Source: Eledone cirrhosa (Eukaryota). Taken from it: 64,000 nt of DNA. The notes beneath the pieces were generated by a model. The model saw only the letters and a program-made list of their open reading frames with translations, was not told where the DNA came from and searched no databases. Both the position numbers and the translations under genes were made by a program. How positions within the stretch are numbered: position 1 is the first letter of the stretch; each line of letters opens with the position of its first letter. The DNA lies in the NCBI GenBank assembly GCA_964016885.1, contig OZ024755.1:39060001-39124000 (forward strand), written 5' to 3'. Below are positions 40,610 through 55,943 of this stretch, piece after piece.

Positions 40610-41570
40610 TAGGTGTGAGAGAGAGGGGAGAGTGTGTGTGTGAGAGAGGGAGGGAGTGTGTAAGTGTGGGGGAGAGTGTGTGTGTGAGAGAGGGAGGGAG
40701 TGTGTGAGAGAGAGGGGGGAGAGTGTGTGTGTAAGTGAGAGAGAGAGGTGAAGAATGTATGTGTTAGAGGGAGTTTGTGTGTGTGTTAGAGAGAGGGAGT
40801 GTGTAAGTGTGAGAGAGAGTGGGAGAGTGTGTGTAAGTGTGAGAGAGAGGGGGAGAGTGTATGTGTTAGAGGGAGTGTGTGTAAGTGTGAGAGAGAGGAG
40901 GAGAGTGTGTATGTGAACATGTGTGCGTGTGTGCATTTCTGAATGTGTATGAGAGAGAGAATGTGACTGTGTGTGAGAGAGAGAAGGGGAGAGAGAATGT
41001 GTGCGAGAAAGTATTATGTGTGTATGAGTGTCTGGGTGTGTTTGAGAGAGAGTGTGTGTGTGAGGGAGAGAGTGTGTGTGTGAGAGAGTGTGTGTGTGAG
41101 AGAGAGAGAGAGTGTGTGTGTGAGAGTGTGTGTGTGTATGTGTGAGAGTGTGTGCGCGTGTGTGTGTGAGAGAGTGTGTGTGAGAGAGAGAGAGTGTGTG
41201 TGTGAGTGTGTGTGAGAGAGTGTGTGTAAGAGAGTGTGTGTGTGAGAGAGTGTGTGTGAGAGAGAGTGTGTGTGTGTGTGTCAGTGTGTGTGAGAGTGTG
41301 TGTGTATGTGTGAGAGAGTGTGCGTGTGTGTGTGTGAGAGAGTGTGTGTGAGAGAGTGTGTGTGTGTGAGCCATACACATTCATCATTTTAAACAAATAT
41401 GCTTACCCAGACAGGAATGATGATAGAGAGAGGGGGGAAGAGAGAAAGGGACAGTGGGGGGGGGATAGAAAGAGAGAGAGGGTGATAGAAAGCGAGAGAG
41501 AGAGGGAGGATAGAAAGCGAGAGAGGGGGGATAGAAAGAAAGAGAGAGAGTGAGGGAGGAGGGAAAGAAA
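40610..41570. repeat. Degenerate (GT)/(GA) microsatellite field
   Basis: Direct. Confidence 0.9.
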
Positions 41571-41605
41571 TACCAATATATTTATACAAACATATATGCA
41601 CGTGT

Positions 41606-41663
<58 letters not shown>

Positions 41664-41755
41664 CGTGTGTATATAATATGTATATTATATTGTAACCGCA
41701 ACATATATATACATACACACACACACACACACATATATGTATATATATATGTACG

Positions 41756-41788
<33 letters not shown>

Positions 41789-41794
41789 ATACCC

Positions 41795-41845
41795 AGATTC
41801 CTGATGATTTCTAAAGAATGAAACAGTTCTAGTCCTGTAGAATCT
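41795..41845 (+). ncRNA. Type I hammerhead ribozyme (family B) at the 5' end of mini-element 41785-41930
   Basis: agattc-CTGATGA-t ttc taaa gaa t-GAAA-cag ttctagtc ctg-TA-gaatct. GUA triplet. Confidence 0.75.
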
Positions 41846-42064
41846 CATCTATATTAAAACTTTTATACTCTGCAATGTATTGAGTACCTTACTTACTGTG
41901 GTTACCTCCGATTCAACCCGGAATAACGTACTATATATATATATATATATATATACGTACATATTTGTATATATATCTATATATCTATATATATACGCAC
42001 ATATTTGTATATATATCTATATATCTATATATATATACATATATTACGTACACACAAACACACA

Positions 42065-42106
<42 letters not shown>

Positions 42107-42113
42107 TATACGT

Positions 42114-42144
<31 letters not shown>

Positions 42145-42217
42145 CAGAGAGAGAGAGAGAGAGAGAGATACATATATATATATGTATAAATCAGGAAAGA
42201 AGAGTGACACGGTTTGC

Positions 42218-42301
<84 letters not shown>

Positions 42302-43229
42302 TATATATATGTATATATATATGAAGCGACAGAATAAATCCATTCAGTAAAGCGAAAGTAAAACAGGCATCTGTGAAAGTTTCTCCTACTAGCTGCTATG
42401 ACAGTCTGCATGGCTGACTGCATACCGGTTGCACAAATGGTTGCACCAATACTTGCACGCCCTAGTACCGCCTGCTATATCTTAGCCTACATATAGCTGT
42501 ATTGTTGTTACTACAAATACATGCTTACTTCCAACAAACCATCATACGGATATCACTGGGATTGAAACAGCTAACTTTATCATACATATACACGTGCGTT
42601 CTTATACATACATACATACATACATACATACATACATACATACATACATACATGACAATTTCTTTTCTTTTACAACCTTGCCACCAGGAAGGTGGCCGGT
42701 CAAAAAAAAATATACTCGAAATTAAGAGAAAGAGAAAACATACATACATACATACATATATATATATATTACCTAACACATTTCGTAACTGTACTCCTTG
42801 TTTTTATTTAGTTTTTCCAAGATATATATATATATATATATATGTGTATACACATACATACATACATACGTACATACTCATAAATATATATTTATATGTA
42901 TATTAACACATAAATATATACAACATACATATATACATTCATACCTACACACACACCAGGCACATGCACATAGTTTCATCGTGTTTGGTTTGTTTATAGA
43001 AAAAAACAAATCACATATCACATATCAAGTACAATCTACCTCAATTCTACCAATATTATTAACTTTAACTTCACCAATCTAACTAATCTCACCAATATTA
43101 TTAACTTTACCATTGTTAGTAATTTCCTGGCGTTATTTTAAATTAAAGCGAAGAATTTTACACATATCCTCGAAAGTTTACAAAGGGATTTCCGGTAAGT
43201 GATAACATTTATTTTCTGTGTTTTCTATC

Positions 43230-43455
43230 AATTTATCACACCCTTCCAGGTCTCGAACAATGAACACCAATTTATCACACCCTTCCAGGTCTCGAACAAT
43301 GAACACCAATTTATCACACCCTTCCAGGTCTCGAACAATGAACACCGATTTATCACACCCTTCCAGGTCTTGAACAATGAACACCAATTTATCACACCCT
43401 TCCAGGTCTCGAACAATGAACACCGATTTATCACACCCACCTAGGTCTCAAACAA
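43230..43455. repeat. 39-bp minisatellite, about 6 copies
   Basis: atttatcacacccttccaggtctcgaacaatgaacacca. Confidence 0.92.
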
Positions 43456-44409
43456 TCGACTCCCACTCCCCTGTTTCTTAATGTTTCTCAGTCCCCCTCC
43501 CTGCTTTTATTTCAACCCTCCACTTTCGAATATTGCTAGTCTATCTCCGGCAAAAATCTTTCTTTATACATTAAAAAACATTGTACATGGGCGAAATCCC
43601 ATACGTTATGAAATTGGATGTGTTGGGGTCTCAGTATATAAACTAAGCGACTAATTCTGGTTTTCAAAAAAAATCACTGGAGACAACCTGGAAATATTAC
43701 TGGTTTTTCACCCCACCACTCCGCTATTTCCAACTGCCTCCCTTTATTTGGGAGCCGAGAGTAAACAATTTAAGTTGTATACATATACGGATGTAGCGTA
43801 CATATATATATATATATATATACAAACATCCATATATACATACATTCATACATATATATACATAGATACATACATACATACATACATACATACATACATA
43901 CATACATACATACATACATACATACATACACATACACACATGCACACACACATACATAAATACATACATACACACACATACATACATACACACACATATA
44001 TTCATACATACACATACATAGTACATACATACACACATATACATGCATACACATACATACATACAGAGTACATACATACACATACATACACACACAATAT
44101 ATATACATACTTTCATATACATATATATAAATATATATACATACATTCATACATCCATACATACATATACATACACACATACATACATATATACACACAC
44201 ATGTATACACACACATATATATCAACAGTATACAAATACATGTATGTAACTAACTCTATATAGATGTATTGTCCAAACACAAACATGCATGCGTGTGTGT
44301 GTTTGTGTAGTGTGTGCGTAGTGTGTGTGTATTTGTCAGTGTTTGTGTGAGTGCATTTGTATACATGTGTGTGAGTGTTTGTGTGTGAGTGTATATGTGA
44401 GTGTGTGTT

Positions 44410-44440
<31 letters not shown>

Positions 44441-44528
44441 ATATGTGTGTGCGTATAAATGTCTGTGTGTGAGTGTGTTTGTGTGAGAGTGTGTGTTTGA
44501 GTGAGTGTGTATATGTGTGTATGTTTGA

Positions 44529-44588
<60 letters not shown>

Positions 44589-44865
44589 GTGTATGTGTGT
44601 ACTAATGACATTTTATCCGCTTATTTGCTCACTTTTTTTTAGTAAACTGATTACACACATATATATACACATACATATACACATATATATATACACACAT
44701 ACATACACATACACACATACGCATGCAGATACAAAACACATATACAGGCAGACATACCAGTATACAGTCTTCCTCTGAGCATCCCTCTGTTGTCTCCCTG
44801 TTCTCAGCACCACACACTTTATATATATATACACACACACACAACACACGCGCGCACACATACAC

Positions 44866-44929
<64 letters not shown>

Positions 44930-44939
44930 TTCTTTTCTT

Positions 44940-45170
44940 CAAAGTCCACTTACTCCAGAGAGGGTCTTGGGTGCAGGTGACCAAACACTCCCCCGAGCGG
45001 GTCCTGTCAGAACCAACCGTCTCCAACTGATCCGGCTGGATTCCCAAGCAGGACCAGCTAAGCTCATGGATGTTATCTAACCCTCTTACTCCGGGTCTAC
45101 TCCTGGGTCACCTCAGGTTGGTTTCGCCCGTAAAATCTGTCCAGCGATTCTAACTACATCCCATAATATC
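44940..45170 (-). mobile_element. RTE LINE 3' end
   Basis: LGIQPDQLETVGSDRTR. Homologous to 1600-1770. Confidence 0.65.
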
Positions 45171-45404
45171 GGAGCTGTGATTGATTTCTTCCGAATGAAA
45201 CAGTTCTAGACCTGTTGGAGCCATTTCTATATATATTTATATATAAACAATGAGTTATTTGGTTTGTTGATTATTCAACATAGTTAATTTACAACAGATT
45301 AGAAGCACTCAACGGTTATATAATAAGAATATATCTTTATAAAATCATATTTATTTTATTATACGTATTTCAAGGGTACTAATATTTTATATATGTATCT
45401 TTCT

Positions 45405-45688
45405 TTCACTCGGTCACAAATGACCCTAGGATTTACACCTAGAAAGTTCTCCTAAGAGGTACAAGTCCGGGAAGGTTTGTTTGTAGTAGACAAACAGTCA
45501 CCTATGCATAGCAACCTCCCCCCTCCAGGCCATCGATGTTGTCCAAGGGAAAAGCAATTACCGATATAATTTGGCACCAGTGACGTCACAACTCATTTCT
45601 ACAGCTGATTAATCTGGAGCCACGTGAAATAAAGTGTCTTGCTCAAGAACACAACGCATCACATGGTCCGAGAATCGAACTCACAATA
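45405..45688 (-). mobile_element. CORE-like tRNA SINE
   Basis: GAGTTCGATT B box and TTGAGCAAGACACTTTATTTCACG, shared with 22047-22155. Confidence 0.7.
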
Positions 45689-45741
45689 TCTTTCATTACA
45701 TGGAATCTATTAAAATATTCAACAGAAAACTTTAGCTGCTT

Positions 45742-48700
45742 TATAGTTACCCTTACTTTTCACACCTACCATTGTAACTATAGTTACCCTTACTTTTCAC
45801 ACCTACCATTGTAACTATAGTTACCCTTACTTTTCACACTTACCATTGTAACTATAGTTAGCCTTACCTTTCACACCTTCCATTGTAACTATAGTTACCC
45901 TTACTTTTCACATCCTCCATTGTAACTATAGTTACCCTTACTTTTCACGCCTACCATTGTAACTATAGTTACCCTTACTTTTCACACCTTCCATTGTAAC
46001 TATAGTTACCCTTACTTTTCACACCTTCCATTGTAACTATAGTTACATTTATTTTTCACACCTACCATTGTAACTATAGTTACCCTTGCTTTTCACACCT
46101 AGCACTGTAACTATAGTTACACTTACTTTTCACACCTTCCATTGTAACTATAGTTACCCTTGATTTTCAAACTAACCATTGCAACTATAGTTACCCTTAC
46201 TTTTCACACCTACCATTGTATCTATAGTTACCCTTACTTTTCACACCTTCCATTGTAAAACATAGTTACACTTACTTTTCACACCTACCATTGCAACTAT
46301 AGTTACCCTTACTTTTCACACCCTCCATTGTAACTATAGTTACCCTTGCTTTTCACACCTACCATTGTAACTATAGTTACACTTACTTTTCACACCTACC
46401 ACTGTAACTATAGTTACCCTTACTTTTCACATCCTCCATTGTAACTATAGTTACACTTACTTTTCACACCTACCATTGTAGCTATAGTTACACTTACTTT
46501 TCACACCTACCATTGTAACTAAAGTTACACTTATTTTTCACACCTACTATTGTAACTATAGTTACACTTATTTTTCACACCTACCATTGTAATTATAGTT
46601 ACCCTTACTTTTCACACCTACCATTGTAACTATAGTTACCCTTACTTTTCACACCTACCATTGTAAATATAGTTACACTTACTTTTCACACCTTCCATTG
46701 CAACTATAGTTACCCTTACTTTTCACACCTTCCATTGTAACTATAGTTACACTTACTTTTCACACCTTCCATTGCAACTATAGTTACCCTTACTTTTCAC
46801 ACCCTCCATTGTAACTATAGTTACCCTTGCTTTTCACACCTACCATTGTAACTATAGTTACACTTACTTTTCATACCTTCCATTGTAACTATAGTTACAC
46901 TTACTTTTCACACCTACCATTGTAACTATAGTTACCCTTACTTTTCACTCCTACCATTGTAACTATAGTTACCCTTACTTTTCACACCTACCATTGTAAC
47001 TATAGTTACCCTTACTTTTCACACCTACCATTGTAACTATAGTTACCCTTACTTTTCACACCTACCATTGTAACTATAGTTACACTTACTTTTCACACCT
47101 TCCATTGCAACTATAGTTACCCTTACTTTTCACACCTTCCATTGTAACTATAGTTACCCTTACTTTTCACACCTTCCATTGCAACTATAGTTACCCTTAC
47201 TTTTCACACCCTCCATTGTAACTATAGTTACCCTTGCTTTTGACACCTACCACTGTAACTATAGTTACCCTTACTTTTCACATCCTCCATTGTAACTATA
47301 GTTACACTTACTTTTCACACCTTCCATTGGAACTATAGTTACACTTACTTTTCACACCTACCATTGTAACTATAGTTACACATATTTTTCACACCTACCA
47401 TTGTAACTATAGTTACCCTTACTTTTCACACCTACCATTGTAACTATAGTTACCCTTACTTTTCACACCTACCATTGTAACTATAGTTACACTTACTTTT
47501 CACACCTACCATTGTAACTATAGTTACACTTACTTTTCACACCTACCATTGTAACTATAGTTACACTTACTTTTCACACCTACCATTGTAACTATAGTTA
47601 CACTTACTTTTCACACCTTCCATTGTAACTATAATTACCCCTGCTTTTCAGACCTTCCATTGTAACTATAGTTACCCTTACTTTTCACACCTACCATTGT
47701 AGCTATAGTTACACTTATTTTTCACACCTACCATTGTAACTATTGTTACACTTTTTTTCACACCTACCATTGTAACTATAGTTACACTTATTTTTCACAC
47801 CTACCATTGTAACTATAGTTACATTTACTTTTCACACCTTCCATTGTAACTATAGTTACACTTGCTTTTCACACCTTCCATTGTAACTATAGTTACACTT
47901 GCTTTTCACACCTACCATTGTAACTATAGTTACACTTGCTTTTCACACCTACCATTGTAACTATAGTTACCCTTACTTTTCACACCTTCCATTGTAACTA
48001 TAGTTACACTTACTTTTCACACCTTCCATTGTAACTATAGTGACACTTACTTTTCACACCTACCATTGTAACTATAGTTACCCCTGCTTTTCACACCTAC
48101 CATTGTAACTATAGTTACACTTACTTTTCACACCTACCATTGTTACTTTTCACATCCTCCATTGTAATTATAGTTACACTTACTTTTCACACCTACCATT
48201 GTAATTATAGTTACACTTACTTTTCACACCTTCCATTGTAACTATAGTTACCCTTACTTTCCACATCTTCCATTGTAACTATAGTTACCCTTACTTTTCA
48301 CACCTTCCATTGTAACTATAGTTACCCTTACTTTTCACACCTACCATTGTAACTATAGTTACCCTTACTTTTCACACCTTCCATTGTAACTATAGTTACC
48401 CTTACTTTTCACACCTACCATTGTAACTATAGTTACATTTACTTTTCACACCTTCCATTGTAACTATAATTACCCTTACTTTTCACACCTACCATTGTAG
48501 CTATAGTTACACTTACTTTTCACACCTACCATTGTAACTATAGTTACACTTGCTTTTCACACCTACCATTGTAACTATAGTTACCCTTACTTTTCACACC
48601 TTCCATTGTAACTACAGTTACACTTACTTTTCACACCTTCCATTGTAACTATAGTTACACTTACTTTACACACCTACCATTGTAACTATAGTTACCCTTA

Positions 48701-51700
48701 CTTTTCACATCCTCCATTGTAACTATAGTTACACTTACTTTTCACACCTTCCATTGTAACTATAGTTACACTTACTTTTCACACCTTCCATTGTAACTAT
48801 AGTTACACTTACTTTTCACACCTACCATTGTAACTATAGTTACCCTTACTTTTCACATCCTCCATTGTAACTATAGTTACACTTACTTTTTACACCTACC
48901 ATTGTAACTATAGTTACCCTTACTTTTCACACCTTCCATTGTAATTATAGTTACACTTACTTTTCACACCTACCATTGTAACTATAGTTACCCTTACTTT
49001 TCACATCCTCCATTGTAACTATAGTTACACTTACTTTTTACACCTACCATTGTAACTATAGTTACCCTTACTTTTCACATCCTCCATTGTAACTATAGTT
49101 ACCCTTACTTTTCACATCCTCCATTGTAACTATATTTACCCTTACTTTTCACAACTACCATTGTAACTATAGTTACCCTTACTTTTCACACCTTCCATTG
49201 TAACTATAGTTACACTTACTTTTCACACCTACCATTGTAACTATAGTTACACTTACTTTTCACACCTACCATTGTAGCTATAGTTACACTTACTTTTCAC
49301 ACCTCCCATTGTAACTATAGTTACCCTTATTTTTCACACCTACCATTGTAACTATAGTTACCCTTACTTTTCACACCTTCCATTGTAACTATAGTTACCC
49401 TTACTTTTCACACCCTCCATTGTAACTATAGTTACCCTTGCTTTTGACACCTACCACTGTAACTATAGTTACCCTTACTTTTCACATCCTCCATTGTAAC
49501 TATAGTTACACTTACTTTTCACACCTTCCATTGGAACTATAGTTACACTTACTTTTCACACCTACCATTGTAACTATAGTTACACATATTTTTCACACCT
49601 ACCATTGTAACTATAGTTACCCTTACTTTTCACACCTACCATTGTAACTATAGTTACCCTTACTTTTCACACCTACCATTGTAACTATAGTTACACTTAC
49701 TTTTCACACCTACCATTGTAACTATAGTTACACTTACTTTTCACACCTACCATTGTAACTATAGTTACACTTACTTTTCACACCTACCATTGTAACTATA
49801 GTTACACTTACTTTTCACACCTTCCATTGTAACTATAATTACCCCTGCTTTTCAGACCTTCCATTGTAACTATAGTTACCCTTACTTTTCACACCTACCA
49901 TTGTAGCTATAGTTACACTTATTTTTCACACCTACCATTGTAACTATTGTTACACTTTTTTTCACACCTACCATTGTAACTATAGTTACACTTATTTTTC
50001 ACACCTACCATTGTAACTATAGTTACATTTACTTTTCACACCTTCCATTGTAACTATAGTTACACTTGCTTTTCACACCTTCCATTGTAACTATAGTTAC
50101 ACTTGCTTTTCACACCTACCATTGTAACTATAGTTACACTTGCTTTTCACACCTACCATTGTAACTATAGTTACCCTTACTTTTCACACCTTCCATTGTA
50201 ACTATAGTTACACTTACTTTTCACACCTTCCATTGTAACTATAGTGACACTTACTTTTCACACCTACCATTGTAACTATAGTTACCCCTGCTTTTCACAC
50301 CTACCATTGTAACTATAGTTACACTTACTTTTCACACCTACCATTGTTACTTTTCACATCCTCCATTGTAACTATAGTTACACTTACTTTTCACACCTAC
50401 CATTGTAATTATAGTTACACTTACTTTTCACACCTTCCATTGTAACTATAGTTACCCTTACTTTTCACATCTTCCATTGTAACTATAGTTACCCTTACTT
50501 TTCACACCTTCCATTGTAACTATAGTTACCCTTACTTTTCACACCTACCATTGTAACTATAGTTACCCTTACTTTTCACACCTTCCATTGTAACTATAGT
50601 TACCCTTACTTTTCACACCTACCATTGTAACTATAGTTACATTTACTTTTCACACCTTCCATTGTAACTATAATTACCCTTACTTTTCACACCTACCATT
50701 GTAGCTATAGTTACACTTACTTTTCACACCTACCATTGTAACTATAGTTACACTTGCTTTTCACACCTACCATTGTAACTATAGTTACCCTTACTTTTCA
50801 CACCTTCCATTGTAACTACAGTTACACTTACTTTTCACACCTTCCATTGTAACTATAGTTACACTTACTTTACACACCTACCATTGTAACTATAGTTACC
50901 CTTACTTTTCACATCCTCCATTGTAACTATAGTTACACTTACTTTTCACACCTTCCATTGTAACTATAGTTACACTTACTTTTCACACCTTCCATTGTAA
51001 CTATAGTTACACTTACTTTTCACACCTACCATTGTAACTATAGTTACCCTTACTTTTCACATCCTCCATTGTAACTATAGTTACACTTACTTTTTACACC
51101 TACCATTGTAACTATAGTTACCCTTACTTTTCACACCTTCCATTGTAATTATAGTTACACTTACTTTTCACACCTACCATTGTAACTATAGTTACCCTTA
51201 CTTTTCACATCCTCCATTGTAACTATAGTTACACTTACTTTTTACACCTACCATTGTAACTATAGTTACCCTTACTTTTCACATCCTCCATTGTAACTAT
51301 AGTTACCCTTACTTTTCACATCCTCCATTGTAACTATATTTACCCTTACTTTTCACAACTACCATTGTAACTATAGTTACCCTTACTTTTCACACCTTCC
51401 ATTGTAACTATAGTTACACTTACTTTTCACACCTACCATTGTAACTATAGTTACACTTACTTTTCACACCTACCATTGTAGCTATAGTTACACTTACTTT
51501 TCACACCTCCCATTGTAACTATAGTTACCCTTATTTTTCACACCTACCATTGTAACTATAGTTACCCTTACTTTTCACACCTTCCATTGTAACTATAGTT
51601 ACCCTTACTTTTCACACCTTCCATTGTAACTATAGTTACCCTTACTTTTCACACCTACCACTGTAACTATAATTACACTTACTTTTCACCCCTACCATTG

Positions 51701-52756
51701 TAACTATAGTTACCCTTACTTTTCACACCTACCATTGGAACTATAGTTATACTTACTTTTCACACCTACGATTGTAACTATAGTTACCCTTGCTTTTCAC
51801 ACCTACCATTGTAACTATAGTTACACTTACTTTTCACACCTACCATTGTAACTATAGTTACACTTACTTTTCACACCTACCATTTTAACTATAGTTACAC
51901 TTGCTTTTCACACCTACCATTGTAACTATAGTTACCCTTACTTTTCACATCCTCCATTGTAACTATAGTTACACTTACTTTTCACACCTACCATTGTAAC
52001 TATAGTTACACTTACTTTTCACACCTACCATTGTAACTGTATTTACACTTTCTTTTCACACCTTCCATTGTAACTATAGTTACCCTTACTTTTCACATCC
52101 TCCATTGTAACTATAGTTACACTTACTTTTCACACCTACCATTGTAACTATAGTTACCCTTACTTTTCACACCTACCATTGTAACTGTATTTACACTTTC
52201 TTTTCACACCTTCCATTGTAACTATAGTTACCCTTACTTTTCACACCTACCACTGTTACTATAGTTACACTTACTTTTCACACCTACCATTGTAACTATA
52301 GTTACCCTTACTTTTCACACCTTCCATTGTAATTATAGTAACACTTACTTTTCACACCTACCATTGTAACTATAGTTACCCTTACTTTTCACATCCTCCA
52401 TTGTAACTATAGTTACACTTACTTTTCACACCTACCATTGTAACTATAGTTACACTTACTTTTCACACCTTCCATTGTAACTATAGTTACCCTTACTTTT
52501 CACATCCTCCATTGTAACTATAGTTACACTTACTTTTCACACCTACCATTGTAACTATAGTTACACTTACTTTTCACACCTTCCATTGTAACTATAGTTA
52601 CATTTATTTTTCACACCTACCATTGTAACTATAGTTACCCTTACTTTTCACTCCTTCCATTGTAACTATAGTTACACTTGCTTTTCACACCTACCATTGT
52701 AACTATAGTTACCCTTACTTTTCACACCTTCCATTGTAACTATAGTTACACTTGCC
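45742..52756. repeat. 37-bp satellite, about 190 copies
   Basis: Unit tagttacccttacttttcacacctaccattgtaacta. Junction palindrome GTAACTATAGTTAC. Confidence 0.97.
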
Positions 52757-52872
52757 ACTAGTTTGGCTTCCCGTTTATATATCTCTCTATTTTCTTATTA
52801 TTTTCTTACTGTAAGGGATACTACCTCCCATTCGCTCTTTTGACTTACTAGTTTAATCTGATTATCTCTCTC

Positions 52873-52924
<52 letters not shown>

Positions 52925-52980
52925 TCTCTCTCACTCTCCATCTCTCTCTCTCTCTCACACACACACATATATATATATAT

Positions 52981-53175
52981 GTTAAGACAAGGTAAAGGAA
53001 ATAAGAGTGCTCTATGTATAGTACAGAGCTATTTAATTACATAATAAACAATACAGTATAAATAGATAAACATTTCATCTGATCAACGTACTGGATATTT
53101 CTGTTAGAATCGTCTAGATTCCTGAAACCTTTGGTAATGGAATGGTAGTATTGTGTTGTTTATTATGTAATTATA
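52981..53175. mobile_element. Decayed family A fold-back mini-element
   Basis: agagtgctctatgt head, taattacataataaacaa / ttgtttattatgtaatta arms, and GAAACCTTTGGTA. Confidence 0.55.
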
Positions 53176-53387
53176 TATATACACTAACACCACCGACAGC
53201 CTTCCTCGCTTCGACTCCCCGCCTCCCTCTCCCAACTCCACCCGCCACCACCCTTACACGCCATCTTATTGTTTATTCTTATGTTTATTTTTACGTTTAC
53301 GTTTATTTTTATTTTTATTTGTTCTCCTTTCCTCCTTTTATCTAAATGTATTTCCGCACACCCTCTGAACTCTCTTCCTAACCTATT

Positions 53388-53460
53388 TACTCCTGAAGAA
53401 GGGCTTATGCCCGAAACGCCCCCCCCCCCCCTCTCAAAAGCGTGAACCTAATAAACCTTT
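53388..53460 (+). ncRNA. Partial PLE-type hammerhead core followed by AATAAA
   Basis: CTGAAGA-a gggc ttat gccc-GAAAC-g. Stem III and the triplet are overwritten by a C run. Confidence 0.5.
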
Positions 53461-53759
53461 ATTTGTCTGTCTCTATATTTTGTCCCGAATAAATTTGCAC
53501 TATATATATATATATAAATATATATATATATGCAGAGGTTATATTTAATTTGTTGGGATTCAACAAGCTTAAACATTTTTCCAACAGTTTAATTTAAATA
53601 AACCGTTATCTTTTCAACCTTTCGGACACTCATTTGCATACTCAATCATCATTTTCTATCACCCTCAATAAATGTAATATCTCCACTATCCAGGAAGCTC
53701 CAACCGCTAATGTTGTCTTTTTTCCGGGTATGTAAATATTTATTTATAAAACAAATCTG

Positions 53760-53825
53760 TATTTTATCTGATGAAAACGCACCATAATTTGCCTTGGTGG
53801 CCCTTGAAATATGTATAATAAAATA
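53760..53825 (+). ncRNA. Type I hammerhead ribozyme (family C) within element at about 53530-53870
   Basis: tattttat-CTGATGA-aa..cacca..tggtg..tt-GAAA-tatgta-TA-ataaaata. Confidence 0.65.
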
Positions 53826-54218
53826 AATATGGTTTTATAAATATAGTTTCCATTTATTAATATATTGTATGTATATATATATTATAGTAGAATAATCGAG
53901 TATCGAAAAATCGGCGCACGAGTTCACGATAAACAAAATTCGATATGAGCGGCAGAGGGCTCAATAATTTAGATAAATCAGAGCTATAACTATCGTTAAA
54001 ATACCGTCACACATAGAACAAGTCTATAATCAACCATACAACCGAAAAATTGCGATCTGGAAGATTCGGGACACTCAGATAAAAAATCAATAAATCAATA
54101 AATCAAATGAATGTAAAAAGCATACCCGGACCCGCTAGAAAGATGGTAAATCTAGCTTCTTGGGTTTCTATATATATATATTATACAGAATAAAGACAAT
54201 GTTGCTAATTCAAATACG

Positions 54219-54325
54219 GGATTTCCTTCGAATGAAACAGTACTAATCCTGTAGAAGCCAATTCTATATTAAACATTTATACTCTACTATGTACCTTACT
54301 GACTGTCGTTACTCTCGATTGAACC
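54219..54325 (+). mobile_element. Family B mini-element, decayed (other pieces at 10160-10240 and 45180-45232)
   Basis: gaatgaaacagt.cta.tcctgtagaagcc...taccttact.actgt match. Confidence 0.6.
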
Positions 54326-54444
54326 ACACACACACACATTAAACTATAGGGTTAACTGAACAGAGATGTGTGGACCACATTATGGTCTGTCGGTTGTGAG
54401 GCAGATAAAAAGAAGCACTCAGCGACCTGTATAAAAGCCGGAGC

Positions 54445-54610
54445 ATTGTCGGACGCCATGCTTTGACGAATAGAGTTACGGCCCTTGCCATTCTGAGTTC
54501 AAATCCCGCCGAGGTTAACTTTGCCTTTCATCCTTACAGGGTCGATAAAATAAAGTACCAGTAATGCACTGGGTAATTGCTGGCCTTGTGCCAAAAGTAT
54601 AAACAATTAT
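54445..54610 (+). mobile_element. Main-family SINE
   Basis: Consensus match. Confidence 0.85.
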
Positions 54611-54715
54611 ATATTAACACTGTATCATGAAAAGAAAACCTTTTTCGGGGAAATTATTGGATTTATCCAAATCTAAAGGTTTATTAGGAACTTTCAAAGT
54701 TAATTTTAGGTTTCC

Positions 54716-54773
54716 CTGTCTGAAGAGCTCCAGCTGTCATAACTGATAGTCCTCAGTGAAATATGTATAACGG
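54716..54773 (+). ncRNA. Type I hammerhead ribozyme
   Basis: ctgt-CTGAAGA-gct..ctgtca taac tgatag..agt-GAAA-tatgta-TA-acgg. Confidence 0.6.
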
Positions 54774-54885
54774 AGTTTTAAATAAACCTGAATCAATTGA
54801 ATATGGTCTCCGATCTTTTATTAATATATATATATATAAGGGATAACAAAATATCGTTAGGTAATCCAGTTATTGACCATTATAT

Positions 54886-54987
<102 letters not shown>

Positions 54988-55429
54988 GGAAAAAATGAAA
55001 TTTCGTTTCTCGCTCATAGTACGGCTGTTACTTAAATATATGTATGTATACGTACATACTTATATGTATACAGACGTACAGTAGTATGTATGTATATATA
55101 CAGACATGCACACATATATATATATATATGTACCTATGGGTTTACCGAACATTTATTATAATGCTCGGTTTGTTTGTAAACAAACAGTCCGAATTATTAG
55201 CCGTACAGTGTTCAGCAACCATTGTTGCCCTTTTGTTCAACACTGACAAAGGAATGATGAACTAGTTTCTAGCTTATTAGCTGTCATCAACACCGTATAC
55301 CTTCCTGTCAGTTGATTGGACGTTTGAAAGTATATACTTTCCTCATGCATATTAACGGCTGGTACGTGTACCATACTTCAGTCTGTGTGTGTTTGTGAAC
55401 ACGTGGCTACCTCAGAGTCTTATATAGTT

Positions 55430-55462
55430 GGTGTGTGTGTGTGTGTGTATGTCAGTGAGTTA

Positions 55463-55499
<37 letters not shown>

Positions 55500-55912
55500 C
55501 AGTGAGTTATTTGTGTGTGTGTGTGAGTGTGTGTATGTCAGTGAGTTATATTTGTGTGTGTGTGTGTGTGTGTGAGTGTGTGTGTATGTCAGTGAGTTAT
55601 TTGTGTGTGTGTGTGTGTGAGTGTGTCTGTATGTTAGTGAGTTATTTGTGTGTGTGTGTGTGTGTGTGTGTGAGTGTGTCTGTATGTTAGTGAGTTATTT
55701 GTGTGTGTGTGTGTGTGAGTGTGTCTGTATGTTAGTGAGTTATTTGTGTTTGTGTGTGAGTGTGTGTATGTCAGTGAGTTATATTTGTGTGTGTGTGTGT
55801 GTGAGTGTGTGTGTATGTCAGTGAGTTATTTGTGTGTGTTTGTGTGTGAGTGTGTGTATGTCAGTGAGTTATATTTGTGTGTGTGTGTGTGTGTGTGTAT
55901 GTCAGTGAGTTA

Positions 55913-55943
<31 letters not shown>

